Translations under genes and position numbers: made by a program
Notes under the pieces: model-generated
Seen by the model: the letters and a program-made list of their open reading frames with translations, nothing else
Databases searched by the model: none
What the model was told of the DNA's origin: nothing
Virus record (IMG/VR): IMGVR_UViG_3300025821_000010
Source: an uncultured virus (IMG/VR IMGVR_UViG_3300025821_000010)
Lineage: Duplodnaviria; Heunggongvirae; Uroviricota; Caudoviricetes
Length of the DNA stretch: 64,000 nt
Strand: one strand, 5' to 3'
Part shown: piece after piece, positions 1 to 10,173 of the stretch
How the letters are laid out: every line of letters begins with the position of its first letter
Numbering within the stretch: the stretch's first letter is position 1

Positions 1-1346
1 CTTTATATACAGAAGAACTATGTATTTGTGGCGGAACAGTAGATACCTTAGATATATTAGGAGACGGTTCTTGTATTGCTACATACCAATTAGATGGTAA
101 TGCTAATGATTTAAGCGGTAATTATAGTGGAACACCTACTGATGTATCTTATGGAGTAGGCGAGTTTGATTTGGCGGGGGTTTTTAATGGTAGTAGTAGT
201 TATATAACTACATCTTATACTATTTCTGGAAGCAATCAAAGTTTTTCTTTTTGGGTTAAAGCAAATTCTGGTACCGAACGTAGAATTATTTGTGGAGATT
301 TTAATAGTAGTGGTTCAAACGGAACTATTTTAATAGAATTAAATGAATCAAATCAAGTAAAGATTTATGTAGGTGATGGTGCGGGAAATTTATGGTCTGG
401 ATGGACTCCGCAATCATTTACTTCTTATTTGAATTTGTGGACTAATTTAATTGTTACGGTTAGTGGAACTGAAGTTAAATTATATATAAATGGTTCATTA
501 ATAAGTACTCAAACTTCAACACAAAGTCTTACGGCAAATACTAATGGATTAATGATAAGCGGGTATGGGCAACCATTTCTTTTATGGGATGGCTCAATAG
601 ACCAAGTTCGTATATTCAACAAAGCCTTAAATTCTACAGAGGTTACTACATTATACAATGAAACTGCTTGTGCTAATACAACAAGAGAAGCAGGTGTTAC
701 TCAAATTTTAGGAGATAATAGTTGTGTAGCTTACTACAAATTAGATGGTACTGCTGCCGATGAAACAGGAACTTATGATGGTACGTTTACAAATCCTAAC
801 TATGGTAATGGGGAGTTTGACTTTGCGGGTGTTTTTAATGGTACAAGTTCTTATATTACAACACCAATAACTTATAACAGTATAGTTAATTTAAACGATA
901 AAACACAAGATTTTTCTTTTTCACTTTGGATGTATACATCTTCATTACCAAGTGGAACAAAAAATGTTTTTGCTATAAATGAGTACGCTCCATCTTATCA
1001 ATATATTGGATTAGTTGTAAATGGTTCAAGTACAAATTTTGTATCATATCCAGGCGGCGCTAATGGAGATGTTGCTATCACAACAACAGACTTAAATGTT
1101 TGGACGAATATAGTTTGTGTTAGAGAAAGTTCTACTATGAAAATATACAAGAACGGCTCTTTAATTCAATCAACGCCTATGGTGTACCCAAATATGAGTC
1201 TTGATTCAACTTTAAGGTGGGTATTTGGTAGAAGAAGCGATGGTGGAAATGATAATTACTTCAACGGCTTAATAGACCAAGTAAGATTCTTTAACAAGGC
1301 AGTTTCTCCAAGCGAAGTAACAACACTTTACGATGAAGGTATATAA
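1..1346 (+). CDS. Tail fibre/adhesin with tandem LamG (concanavalin A-like) domains, 5'-partial
   Basis: Frame open from base 3; repeated FNGSSSYI...W...LYING...IDQVRIFN(K/R)AL...EV..LY LamG motifs. Confidence 0.75.
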   Translation, partial: LYTEELCICGGTVDTLDILGDGSCIATYQLDGNANDLSGNYSGTPTDVSYGVGEFDLAGVFNGSSSYITTSYTISGSNQSFSFWVKANSGTERRIICGDFNSSGSNGTILIELNESNQVKIYVGDGAGNLWSGWTPQSFTSYLNLWTNLIVTVSGTEVKLYINGSLISTQTSTQSLTANTNGLMISGYGQPFLLWDGSIDQVRIFNKALNSTEVTTLYNETACANTTREAGVTQILGDNSCVAYYKLDGTAADETGTYDGTFTNPNYGNGEFDFAGVFNGTSSYITTPITYNSIVNLNDKTQDFSFSLWMYTSSLPSGTKNVFAINEYAPSYQYIGLVVNGSSTNFVSYPGGANGDVAITTTDLNVWTNIVCVRESSTMKIYKNGSLIQSTPMVYPNMSLDSTLRWVFGRRSDGGNDNYFNGLIDQVRFFNKAVSPSEVTTLYDEGI

Positions 1347-1360
1347 TTAAAAAATAAAAA

Positions 1361-1675
1361 ATGGCACTAACAAAAATAAAATACGGTGTATTAGGCACAG
1401 AGTTTACAACATCAGCAGCTGTAGCAGCTAGTGATATAGATTTTTCTAGTGCTGCGGTATTTACTAAAACATTAACAGCAGATACAACTTTTACATTTTC
1501 AAATGCTGAAACTGGTATGGTTAAAGATTTAATACTTACTGGATCTTTTGTACCTACATTTCCTGTTGGAACAAAAATAATTAACGGCGCTTATGATGGT
1601 ACCGTTTCAAACTTTATACAAATAGCAGTTGCTGCAGATGGCGACTACTGGTTATCAATATCTAAAGCTCAATAA
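1361..1675 (+). CDS. Tail-fibre-associated small structural protein
   Basis: 104 aa Thr/Ala-rich beta protein between fibre genes, A-rich start. Confidence 0.45.
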   Translation: MALTKIKYGVLGTEFTTSAAVAASDIDFSSAAVFTKTLTADTTFTFSNAETGMVKDLILTGSFVPTFPVGTKIINGAYDGTVSNFIQIAVAADGDYWLSISKAQ

Positions 1676-1680
1676 AAAAG

Positions 1681-2241
1681 ATGAAAGCAATACAACTAAA
1701 CGGAAACATTAAAACATTTAGACGTCTACCATCAACTTGGGAAGATGACAAAGGTTTACACCTTAACTTTACAAAAGTAGCAGATCCAAAAGCATTTGGT
1801 TTCTACGATGTAGCTACACCATCCTATGATAGCCAAACACAGCGTTTATCAGCTATGTTCTTTGATGCTGCTAAAGAAATCTTTACTCACACGGTTGATG
1901 ATATTGATTTTAATGCTGTAACAGAAATTAAAGATGAAAACGATGTTGTTATTGAAACAAAACCTGTTTATGACATTGAAGCTTTAAAGAAATCAAAAAT
2001 ACAAGCTGTAAACACTGAAGCGGGTAAATTATTACAAGCAACAGACTGGTATGTTATTAGGAAAGCAGATACAACTGTAGCTATTCCAGATGATGTGGCA
2101 TACGAAAGAGCAGATATAAGAAATAAAGCAAATGATTTTGAAGCTCAAATAATAGCTTTAACATCTTATGTTGAAGTTTTAAAATACACACACACTTTTT
2201 TCCCTCAAGAAAATTTATTAGGTGAACCTATAACAGAGTAA
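1681..2241 (+). CDS. Putative tail fibre assembly chaperone
   Basis: C-terminal LLQATDWYVIRKAD...ERADIR motif typical of fibre chaperones; position. Confidence 0.55.
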   Translation: MKAIQLNGNIKTFRRLPSTWEDDKGLHLNFTKVADPKAFGFYDVATPSYDSQTQRLSAMFFDAAKEIFTHTVDDIDFNAVTEIKDENDVVIETKPVYDIEALKKSKIQAVNTEAGKLLQATDWYVIRKADTTVAIPDDVAYERADIRNKANDFEAQIIALTSYVEVLKYTHTFFPQENLLGEPITE

Positions 2242-2242
2242 C

Positions 2243-4939
2243 ATGCTTGGTAACAAATTGATTAACACTAACGCTGGCGGTGGTTGCACTGACACAGTAG
2301 ACTTATACAATCCATTTCCAGACGGTGGTGGTATTGCTTTGTATCAATTAAATGGCGATGCTACAGATGTAAGTGGGAACTATGATGGTACTGCTACAAA
2401 TGTCACTTATGGCGCTGGAGAGTTTGGTCAAGCGGGTGTTTTTAATGGTAGTAGCTCTATAATTGATTTACCCAACAATTCTTTTAATTTTACAACTGTT
2501 TCAGTAAGTTTTTGGCTTAAGTTAAATTCAATAACTGGAGAGGATTATGTTTTAGATGTTTATGATGAAGCTTCAGCCGCAAGGGGATATGCTATATCTA
2601 CTGATGCAAGCAATAAAATAAAATTTAGAGCTTGGAATAATAATTTTTCAGAAGTTTTCAGTAGCAGTACTTTATCTCTTAATACTTGGTATTATATAGC
2701 TATGGTAGCAACACAAACATCAGCAAGTATTTATATTAACGGTTCTTTAGACAATTTTGGGTCTTTAAATGGATTTTCTTTTCAAGCACAACAAAGCACT
2801 TCTATAGGAGCATTTAGAGGAACTGTTGGAGGAGGTTCTGTAGCTTTTTTAGATGGTAGTTTAGACCAAGTAAGAATATTCAGCAGAGCATTAAGACCTT
2901 ACGAAGTAGAGGCTTTATATACAGAAGAATATTGTGCACCTACTATTGTACCAAGTGAGCATTTTAATACTGTTTTGTATACGGGTAATGGAAGCACACA
3001 AAGTATTACAGGTGTAGGATTTCAGCCAGATTTTACTTGGATTAAAGTAAGAACAAACACAGATAATCACGTTTTACAAGATTCTGTAAGAGGTGTTGGA
3101 AAAGGACTATTTTCTGATTTAACAAATGCTGAAAACGCTTCAATGGGTGGTATGACATCTTTTGATTCCGATGGATTTACATTTGACGGTAGCGTATCAA
3201 CTTTAAACGGAAGCGCAAGAGATTTTGTAGCTTGGAACTTTAAAGCAGGAGGTGCAGCAGTAACAAACACAGACGGAACAATAACAAGTCAAGTATCTGC
3301 TAATACAGAAGCAGGGTTTAGTGTTGTTACTTGGACGGGTAATGGCGCTGCAAATGCAACAGTTGGACACGGATTAAACAATACGCCTTCGTTGTATATA
3401 ACAAAGCGTAGAAATTCAACGGGTAATTGGGTTTTGTTTGCTACTACTTTGCTTCCTACTGTTGATGCTCAAGAATATTTGGTTTTAAATAATACTGATG
3501 GAAGTAATGGAGCGTCTCAAGCACTCCCAAATTCAAACATTTTAAATGTAGAAAGTATATTTGACAATATAGGCTCAGCTACTTATGTTGCTTACTGCTT
3601 TGCAGAAGTAGAAGGTTTCTCAAACTTTGGTTCGTATGTTGGTACAGGAGCAAGTGGTAATACTGTTGTAACAGGATTTGAGCCAGCTTTTGTGATGATA
3701 AAACGTACAGATGCTGCTGGTGGTTGGCTTTCACTTGATAACAAAAGAGACACGACTAATCCGAGAGAATTATTTTTATCTCCTAATACATCTCAAGCTG
3801 AATTCCCAGTAACAAATGGTGCAGACTTTTTAGAAAATGGATTTACAATGCAATCTACTAACGGAAGTCTAAACGCAAGCGGTGGTTCATACATCTATAT
3901 GGCATTTGCTGCTGACCCTACTACAATAGAACCTTCTTTAGAGGACAGTTTTAATACTGTTTTGTATACAGGGAATAGACCAAGCACTCAATCTATTACA
4001 GGAGTTGGATTTCAACCAGATTTAGTTTGGATTAAAGATAGAGTTAACGGTGGGTATCCTCACGTTTTAACAGATTCCGTTAGGGGTAACACTAAATATT
4101 TGCAATCAAACTCTACTGGTGCTGAATTAACTACAACAAGCGGAATAACATCTTTTGATTCAGACGGTTTTTCTTTAGGAGCTAATGGGTATTTTAATGG
4201 AGGACCGAGTGGTGCTTTTGACCCTATGGTTGCTTGGGCTTGGAAAGGAGCAGAACTACCAGCTATAAACAGTAACGGTAGTATTCCTTCTGTTGTTAGT
4301 GCAAATCCTGCTGCAGGGTTTAGTATTGTTTCTACAAAATCAAATGGAAGTGGTTACTTAAATTTTGGACACGGATTAGATTCTGCTCCCGAATTAGTAA
4401 TTACAAAATTCACAAGTCAAGCAGGAGAATGGTACACTTATACAAGTGCTATTGCAAATGGATTTGATGTTGCTTTAAAGTTAAATGGTAGTGATGCAGC
4501 TATTACCGCTTATGGTGCGGATAAATGGTCATCAACAGATTCAGTTGTAGGCGTTGGAAATTCTCAATGGTATTTTACCGCAAATGTTCCTTTTATAACA
4601 TATTGCTTTCACTCGGTTGCAGGGTTCAGTAAATTTGGCTCGTATACAGGAACAGGAAATACAAGTGGGTCTATTATTGAGTGTGGCTTTGAGCCTGCTT
4701 TTGTAATGATTAAATGCTCAACAACTTCAACAAATTGGGTTATTTATGATAATAAAAGAGATACGGCTAATCCGAGAGACCATATTTTAATACCTAATAC
4801 AAGTGGGGCAGAAGTAGTTGGGTATTCAGGGACTGACTTTGATTTTAATTTAACTTCATTCCAAGCAAGAGGGAGTGAAGTTGGAATAAACGCATCTGGT
4901 CAAACCTACATCTATATGGCATTTGCTAATCAATTTTAA
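2243..4939 (+). CDS. Tail fibre/adhesin: LamG domain plus two internal repeats (FNTVLYTGN...GVGFQPD.W.K)
   Basis: LamG motif in the N-terminal third; duplicated ~330-aa unit ending YIYMAFA. Confidence 0.7.
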   Translation: MLGNKLINTNAGGGCTDTVDLYNPFPDGGGIALYQLNGDATDVSGNYDGTATNVTYGAGEFGQAGVFNGSSSIIDLPNNSFNFTTVSVSFWLKLNSITGEDYVLDVYDEASAARGYAISTDASNKIKFRAWNNNFSEVFSSSTLSLNTWYYIAMVATQTSASIYINGSLDNFGSLNGFSFQAQQSTSIGAFRGTVGGGSVAFLDGSLDQVRIFSRALRPYEVEALYTEEYCAPTIVPSEHFNTVLYTGNGSTQSITGVGFQPDFTWIKVRTNTDNHVLQDSVRGVGKGLFSDLTNAENASMGGMTSFDSDGFTFDGSVSTLNGSARDFVAWNFKAGGAAVTNTDGTITSQVSANTEAGFSVVTWTGNGAANATVGHGLNNTPSLYITKRRNSTGNWVLFATTLLPTVDAQEYLVLNNTDGSNGASQALPNSNILNVESIFDNIGSATYVAYCFAEVEGFSNFGSYVGTGASGNTVVTGFEPAFVMIKRTDAAGGWLSLDNKRDTTNPRELFLSPNTSQAEFPVTNGADFLENGFTMQSTNGSLNASGGSYIYMAFAADPTTIEPSLEDSFNTVLYTGNRPSTQSITGVGFQPDLVWIKDRVNGGYPHVLTDSVRGNTKYLQSNSTGAELTTTSGITSFDSDGFSLGANGYFNGGPSGAFDPMVAWAWKGAELPAINSNGSIPSVVSANPAAGFSIVSTKSNGSGYLNFGHGLDSAPELVITKFTSQAGEWYTYTSAIANGFDVALKLNGSDAAITAYGADKWSSTDSVVGVGNSQWYFTANVPFITYCFHSVAGFSKFGSYTGTGNTSGSIIECGFEPAFVMIKCSTTSTNWVIYDNKRDTANPRDHILIPNTSGAEVVGYSGTDFDFNLTSFQARGSEVGINASGQTYIYMAFANQF

Positions 4940-4981
4940 ATAAAAGGGGGTGTACAACAATCACTTAAAAAAACCAAAAAA

Positions 4982-4996
4982 CACGTAATCTTATAA
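4982..4996 (+). promoter_or_regulatory. Candidate late promoter CACGTAATCTTATAA
   Basis: Intergenic; similar to motifs at 20604, 25795 and (minus strand) 45876-45890. Confidence 0.35.
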
Positions 4997-5019
4997 CTAT
5001 TAACTATAAACCAAAACCA

Positions 5020-5310
5020 ATGACACTTTTTTACCGCACTCATTCGTGGAGTAGTGAACCACAAATTACCGATGAAACCAAGGAGCTATGGAAGCATATT
5101 GCTACTAAAGCTAATTGGAGAATCACCCAATTACCAAACGGTTTTTTTCAAACCGAATACCAAGATCTAGAAAATAAAGATACTTGGAACGACGTAACCA
5201 GAAGAGAAACAGTTGCTGGTGCAGAAGCTGCTATTGATTCAACAATAGAGCACTATGCCAAAAAGCTAGAATTCTTAAACGGACCTAAAGTCGTTAAGAC
5301 CTTTAAATAA
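5020..5310 (+). CDS. Hypothetical protein
   Basis: 96-aa ORF with A-rich start upstream of groEL. Confidence 0.6.
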   Translation: MTLFYRTHSWSSEPQITDETKELWKHIATKANWRITQLPNGFFQTEYQDLENKDTWNDVTRRETVAGAEAAIDSTIEHYAKKLEFLNGPKVVKTFK

Positions 5311-5339
5311 ATACTACTTCAATCAAATTAAATTAAATT

Positions 5340-6893
5340 ATGTCAGACGCAATTGTCAAAAACCTAAGTTTCGGTAACGAAGCTAAGGATAAAGTATTTG
5401 AAGGTATCACAAAACTCACAAAAGCCGTTAGCTCCACGCTCGGGGCTAGCGGTAAATGTGTGATGCTAGAAGACGGAAATGGAAGACCTATTATAACAAA
5501 AGACGGCGTAACAGTAGCAGATAGTATTATACTATTAGATCCTGTAGAAAACATGGGAGCTACGCTTTTAAAAGAAGCTGCTAGAAAAACCGTAAGCGAA
5601 GCAGGTGATGGCACAACAACCGCAACTGTATTAGCGCACTCTATACTAACTGAAGCTTACAATGTAGCCGATAAGATTAGTTCAAGAGATTTAAAAATAG
5701 GTATAGACAATGCCGTAAATAAAGTAGTTAAATACTTAGAATCAATATCAGTTGGTGTTAGTGGCGATATGATAGATCAAATTGCTACTATATCAACAAA
5801 CAACGATGCAGAACTTGGTAAATTAATCGGTGATGCTTTTAGATCCGTCGATGAAACAGGGGTTGTTATGATGGAAACATCGTCAGATGGTACTACAGCA
5901 GTAGAAATAGTAGATGGAGTACAATATAACAAAGGGCTAACGAACTCACATTTTGTTACAAGCAAAAGCCAAAGAGTTGCTGAATTAGAAAACCCTTATG
6001 TATTATTAGTTGAATCACCAATTGATAATATTAGACAAATTCAAAGCGTACTAGAGTTTGTTATAAAAGGTAATAAGTCTTTACTTGTAATAGCAGACGT
6101 AGACCAACCAGTACTCGCAACTTTAGCAATGAATAAAGTTAAAGGTAATTTAAAGATTAATGTTATCAATGCACCAACATATGGTGTAGCTAAAAAAGAA
6201 ACATTAGATGATCTTGCAATGCTAACTGGTGCTACTATTATAAACGAAGACTTAGGAGATGATTTAGATTTAATTAATCCTCAATACCTAGGTAATTGTA
6301 TAAAAAGTGTAACTACAGACGAAGAAACAATATTACAAGTTGGAGAAGTTTCAGAAGAGGTTCAAAATACTATAAAAGGTATTAAAGAAAAACTTGTTAT
6401 AACTAAAGAGCCTTATGAGATTGTTAAGCTTGAAAAAAGATTAGCAAGACTAGCAGCTAAAATAGCTATTGTAAAAGTAGGTGCTAATTCAGAAATAGAA
6501 TTAAAAGAAAAGAAAGATAGGGTAGAAGATGCTATCTGCGCAACTAAAGCTGCGATTAAAGAAGGTATTGTACCTGGCGGTGGAATTGCACTACTAAACG
6601 CATCGGAAACAGTTAAAGCTAAAACAATAGGTGAAGAAGCCTTGTTAGAGGCTATTAAGGCACCATTTAAGACCATTTTAGAAAATGCAGGTATAGAGTA
6701 TCAAGAATCTAAAAGAGGCAAAGGAATGGGTTTAAATGTGATAACTGGTAAAAAAGTTAATATGATCAAACAAGGTATTATTGATCCATTACTTGTTACT
6801 AAAAGCGCGCTAAGAAATGCTGCTTCAGTTGCTACAACTATTTTATCTACGGATTGTGTAATTAACAACTTAAGGGTTACAAATGAAAAATAA
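5340..6893 (+). CDS. groEL: Phage chaperonin GroEL (Cpn60)
   Basis: ITKDGVTVA, AGDGTTTATVLA, KDRVEDAICATKAAIKEGIVPGGG motifs; no GGM tail. Confidence 0.97.
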   Translation: MSDAIVKNLSFGNEAKDKVFEGITKLTKAVSSTLGASGKCVMLEDGNGRPIITKDGVTVADSIILLDPVENMGATLLKEAARKTVSEAGDGTTTATVLAHSILTEAYNVADKISSRDLKIGIDNAVNKVVKYLESISVGVSGDMIDQIATISTNNDAELGKLIGDAFRSVDETGVVMMETSSDGTTAVEIVDGVQYNKGLTNSHFVTSKSQRVAELENPYVLLVESPIDNIRQIQSVLEFVIKGNKSLLVIADVDQPVLATLAMNKVKGNLKINVINAPTYGVAKKETLDDLAMLTGATIINEDLGDDLDLINPQYLGNCIKSVTTDEETILQVGEVSEEVQNTIKGIKEKLVITKEPYEIVKLEKRLARLAAKIAIVKVGANSEIELKEKKDRVEDAICATKAAIKEGIVPGGGIALLNASETVKAKTIGEEALLEAIKAPFKTILENAGIEYQESKRGKGMGLNVITGKKVNMIKQGIIDPLLVTKSALRNAASVATTILSTDCVINNLRVTNEK

Positions 6894-7284
6894 AAAAACA
6901 CTAAGTTGTCAAGTATGTGAAAAAAAATATTTTGGACATTACAATACTAAGTTTTGTTTTTCATGCAGAAAAATTTGTAGATATTGTGATAGAAAAATTG
7001 AAGATGGATCTAGAGGTAATATCTGTGCTTCTTGTAGAAATAAAAAATACAAGTATAGTTTAACAGAAGAAGAAATGTATAAATGGCTAGAAGCAGATAA
7101 ATGTGATTGTTGTGGTGGAAATTTTAAAAATCATAGAGATAAAAGTCAAGATCACAATCACGACACTGGAGCCAATAGAGGTATAGTTTGCCAAAATTGC
7201 AATATTTTCATAGGTTTTGTTGAAAATAATAACTTAGAAGATGTTATTAATTATTTAATTAAATACGATGAAGGCAATAGGTAG
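6883..7284 (+). CDS. Endonuclease VII-family (HNH-like) nuclease with N-terminal CxxC zinc motifs, probable homing endonuclease
   Basis: CDCC...QDHNHDTGANRGIVCQNCN motif. Confidence 0.8.
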   Translation: MKNKKTLSCQVCEKKYFGHYNTKFCFSCRKICRYCDRKIEDGSRGNICASCRNKKYKYSLTEEEMYKWLEADKCDCCGGNFKNHRDKSQDHNHDTGANRGIVCQNCNIFIGFVENNNLEDVINYLIKYDEGNR

Positions 7285-7528
7285 AAACTTAATAATAAAA
7301 AAAGTAAAAGAAGGTACAACCGCTACAAAGGGTGGTTTACTTCTTGCTGAAAACCAAAGAGAAGATATTAGGTATATAATGGCTGATATAGTTTCTGTTG
7401 GAGATGAAGCTTCAGGAATAAAAGTTGGTGATCAAATTTATTATGATCGTCACGCTGGGCATAAGATAGAGATCGACAAAGATGTCTATCATGTTATAAA
7501 AACTCAGGATGTAGTTGTTGTTCTATGA
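7268..7528 (+). CDS. groES: Co-chaperonin GroES (Cpn10)
   Basis: TKGGLLL mobile loop; VSVGDEASGIKVGDQIYY; DVVVV C-terminus. Confidence 0.9.
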   Translation: MKAIGRNLIIKKVKEGTTATKGGLLLAENQREDIRYIMADIVSVGDEASGIKVGDQIYYDRHAGHKIEIDKDVYHVIKTQDVVVVL

Positions 7529-7971
7529 AAAGGCTAGAAGCAGGTGATATTAAAGAATTAAACCTGTTAAAACATTATCGAATAATAAGACAATGGGCTT
7601 GTAGAAACAACGACTTAACTGATGCTGATTTAGAACTACTGATCTACTTTGATTGTATGGATTTTTTTACCAAACAAGACTATAAAATCGGTACGTATGC
7701 TTATAGCTGGGATAACACGCGCTGGAACAGATTATTGAAAGAAGGGTGGATTACGGTTTGGAGAGAAAGAAACCACACCACTCAAAAATATCATATATAT
7801 AAAGTTTCATTTAAGTGCAAGCAGCTAATAAGTAGGATGTATCGTATTATGTTAGGTGAAGAAGATATACCAACAAGTCATCGTAGAAATAATATTATGA
7901 AAGGTAAAACTTACATGGATAAAGTTCTACAAGTTGCAATTGATAATGTAAATAAAGATAAAGATAGATAA
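7525..7971 (+). CDS. Hypothetical protein, possible winged-helix
   Basis: LTDADLELLIYF...NRLLKEGWI...YKVS pattern resembles MarR-type wHTH. Confidence 0.4.
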   Translation: MKRLEAGDIKELNLLKHYRIIRQWACRNNDLTDADLELLIYFDCMDFFTKQDYKIGTYAYSWDNTRWNRLLKEGWITVWRERNHTTQKYHIYKVSFKCKQLISRMYRIMLGEEDIPTSHRRNNIMKGKTYMDKVLQVAIDNVNKDKDR

Positions 7972-7972
7972 T

Positions 7973-8185
7973 ATGAACAATCTAAACGAACAAATGATAG
8001 ATCCAACGACTGGTATGCCGGTTGAGACTACTATGGTTCCACCAGCTCCTAGTAATACGCTAGGTGTTGCTAAACCAGTTTTTAACGATACAACTCGTAA
8101 TGTTGCTCAAGGACTTTATGGTGATGTAGAGCAAAGACAAATGTCTATGGGTAATAGAACGCCTTTGTTTAAAAAGAAATGCTAA
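7973..8185 (+). CDS. Small hypothetical late protein
   Basis: ORF in tightly packed operon. Confidence 0.55.
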   Translation: MNNLNEQMIDPTTGMPVETTMVPPAPSNTLGVAKPVFNDTTRNVAQGLYGDVEQRQMSMGNRTPLFKKKC

Positions 8186-8202
8186 AACTAATAAAAGATA
8201 TT

Positions 8203-8418
8203 ATGAAAAAAAATACACCAGCTGTAAGTAAAATAGAAGAGCAAGGCATTACTGGTGCTAACGCACTTTGGGATGGGCCATTAGATACTAGTGGTTTTCC
8301 AATGGGTCAAGGATCTAGTAGTGGTAAAAATGGGATGAAATTAAATCAAGCAGATGTACCTTATTCTGCTGGTCCTATCACGTCTAAGACTTATGCTAAG
8401 GGAAATGGCAGGGGCTGA
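8203..8418 (+). CDS. Small hypothetical late protein
   Basis: ORF 8179..8418; internal ATG at 8203 more plausible. Confidence 0.5.
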   Translation: MKKNTPAVSKIEEQGITGANALWDGPLDTSGFPMGQGSSSGKNGMKLNQADVPYSAGPITSKTYAKGNGRG

Positions 8419-8557
8419 TATTAAGCTTTATGCAATAAACACAATATCTTTATTAGTTTCTATGACGAGCATCGAGCCTGTATTGAAGATCACGTTATTA
8501 TTAGTTACTATAGGGTATACTGTTAATAAGTGGTATCACTTGTATAAGAAAAAATAA
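8405..8557 (+). CDS. Putative holin
   Basis: 50 aa, hydrophobic segments, basic KKK tail, directly upstream of the endolysin. Confidence 0.55.
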   Translation: MAGADIKLYAINTISLLVSMTSIEPVLKITLLLVTIGYTVNKWYHLYKKK

Positions 8558-8558
8558 A

Positions 8559-9014
8559 ATGATTAGTAAGCATATATCTGATAAAGAAGGTGTTTATTCA
8601 AGGACTGCTTTAAGACTTGATATAGACAATACACCTGAACCATATCATTTGGTTAACATGCAGATAATTGCTGAACTTGTTTTTGAACCGCTTAGAGAAT
8701 GGGTTGGAGGACCTATTAAGATTAATTCTTTTTATAGGTGTAAAGAATTAAACTCAGCTATTGGCGGAAGCTCTAGATCACAACATTGTGAAGGTAGAGC
8801 TATTGACTTAGATGACACATTTGGTCATAAGACAAACGCTGAAATGTTTAATTATATAAAAGATAACTTAGATTTTGATCAATTAATTTGGGAATTTGGA
8901 AACGATAATAACCCTGATTGGGTGCATGTTAGTTATGTTTCTTCTGATGAAAATAGAAGAAGAATTATGAAGGCTTACAAATTAAATGGCAAATCAAAAT
9001 ACAAACTGATATAA
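8559..9014 (+). CDS. Endolysin, peptidase M15 family
   Basis: SFYRC..LN.AIGGS..SQHCEGRAIDL and WVHVSY Zn-ligand motifs. Confidence 0.88.
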   Translation: MISKHISDKEGVYSRTALRLDIDNTPEPYHLVNMQIIAELVFEPLREWVGGPIKINSFYRCKELNSAIGGSSRSQHCEGRAIDLDDTFGHKTNAEMFNYIKDNLDFDQLIWEFGNDNNPDWVHVSYVSSDENRRRIMKAYKLNGKSKYKLI

Positions 9015-9256
9015 TGGCATACATACAAAGTAAATCTCCTTTTTTAAGGACTAAACCTTACGAAGCAGGTATGTCTGCCGCTGAAAGAGAAGAATACAAT
9101 AGGGAAACTGGTGGAAACCTACAAGCGCCTCAACCAGGAGGTGGTGCGAGAAAAAGATCTTACTGTGCTAGATCAGCTGGTATTAAAAAATGTAAAAACC
9201 CAGATAAAAACGGTGATTGTCCAAATGACATCGCAAGACGTAAGTGGAAATGCTAA
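9014..9256 (+). CDS. Small basic Cys-containing phage protein
   Basis: RKRSYCARS.G...RRKWKC pattern common in aquatic phages. Confidence 0.55.
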   Translation: MAYIQSKSPFLRTKPYEAGMSAAEREEYNRETGGNLQAPQPGGGARKRSYCARSAGIKKCKNPDKNGDCPNDIARRKWKC

Positions 9257-9280
9257 TATTAATATATAAAAAATAAAACT

Positions 9281-9958
9281 ATGCCATTTAAAATGAAAGG
9301 TTCTCCATTGAAAGCTATTGGAGATAAAACAACAGGAACTGTAAGAGTAGAAGGGGTAACAAAAAGAATTACATACCAAGATCCACCAAGTTCTGCTAGA
9401 ACAAACACAATTGGTACTATTCAAGGTCCTACAATTCCAAGAGGTTTTACTATACCTACGATAGCTGACACAACACCTGTTGAAACAAAACCAAAAGCAA
9501 AAACAACAACTCCTTCTTCAACTCCTAGACAAAAGAAGGTTACTGGAAATGCTTTTGAAAAAGCAGCTAGCAAACTTGGTGTTACAAATTTACAAAAACA
9601 AAAAGTTTCGTTAGAAAATAAAGGTGGTGTTGGAACAGAAATAAAAACAGCTTCTGCCTCTAAACTATCCTCTGATTTAACTAAAAAAACAGCAGCAAAA
9701 TCTACTAAATCAACTGAAGCACCAAAAAGTAGAAAGAAAATGAAAGCAGATAAAATGGCAAATAAAGTTTCTGATGCTCCAAAAAGCAGAAAAGAAATGA
9801 GAATGGCCAAAGCTTCTAATAAGGCTTTAAAAGCTAAAGAAACAGCTGCGTCAAGTACCAAAATGGAGAGTAGAATGGCTGCTGGTGCAAAAGCTAAAAG
9901 ATTAGAAAAAAGAGCTGGTAGAATAGCAGAAAGAATTAAAAGAAAAAATAAAAAATAA
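9281..9958 (+). CDS. Lys/Ala-rich basic protein, possibly DNA-binding/internal virion
   Basis: Strongly basic low-complexity C-terminus with APKSRK repeat. Confidence 0.5.
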   Translation: MPFKMKGSPLKAIGDKTTGTVRVEGVTKRITYQDPPSSARTNTIGTIQGPTIPRGFTIPTIADTTPVETKPKAKTTTPSSTPRQKKVTGNAFEKAASKLGVTNLQKQKVSLENKGGVGTEIKTASASKLSSDLTKKTAAKSTKSTEAPKSRKKMKADKMANKVSDAPKSRKEMRMAKASNKALKAKETAASSTKMESRMAAGAKAKRLEKRAGRIAERIKRKNKK

Positions 9959-9963
9959 TAATT

Positions 9964-10173
9964 ATGCCAAACATTAGTGAAAAAACAGCTTACGACGTTA
10001 GAGAAGCAAGTAATCAATCATTGAAAAAATCTACTAGAGATAACTACGCAGAAAACGCTCAAGTAGGAATGAAAGACGATAGTCCAATGTCTATGTACGG
10101 ATCACCAGCTAAAATGAGTGGTTCTCCTATGAAAATGGGTGGATCTTGGATGAGTAAACACTGCTCTAAATAA
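9964..10173 (+). CDS. Small hypothetical protein with SPxKM repeats
   Basis: SPMSM/SPAKM/SPMKM repeats. Confidence 0.55.
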   Translation: MPNISEKTAYDVREASNQSLKKSTRDNYAENAQVGMKDDSPMSMYGSPAKMSGSPMKMGGSWMSKHCSK

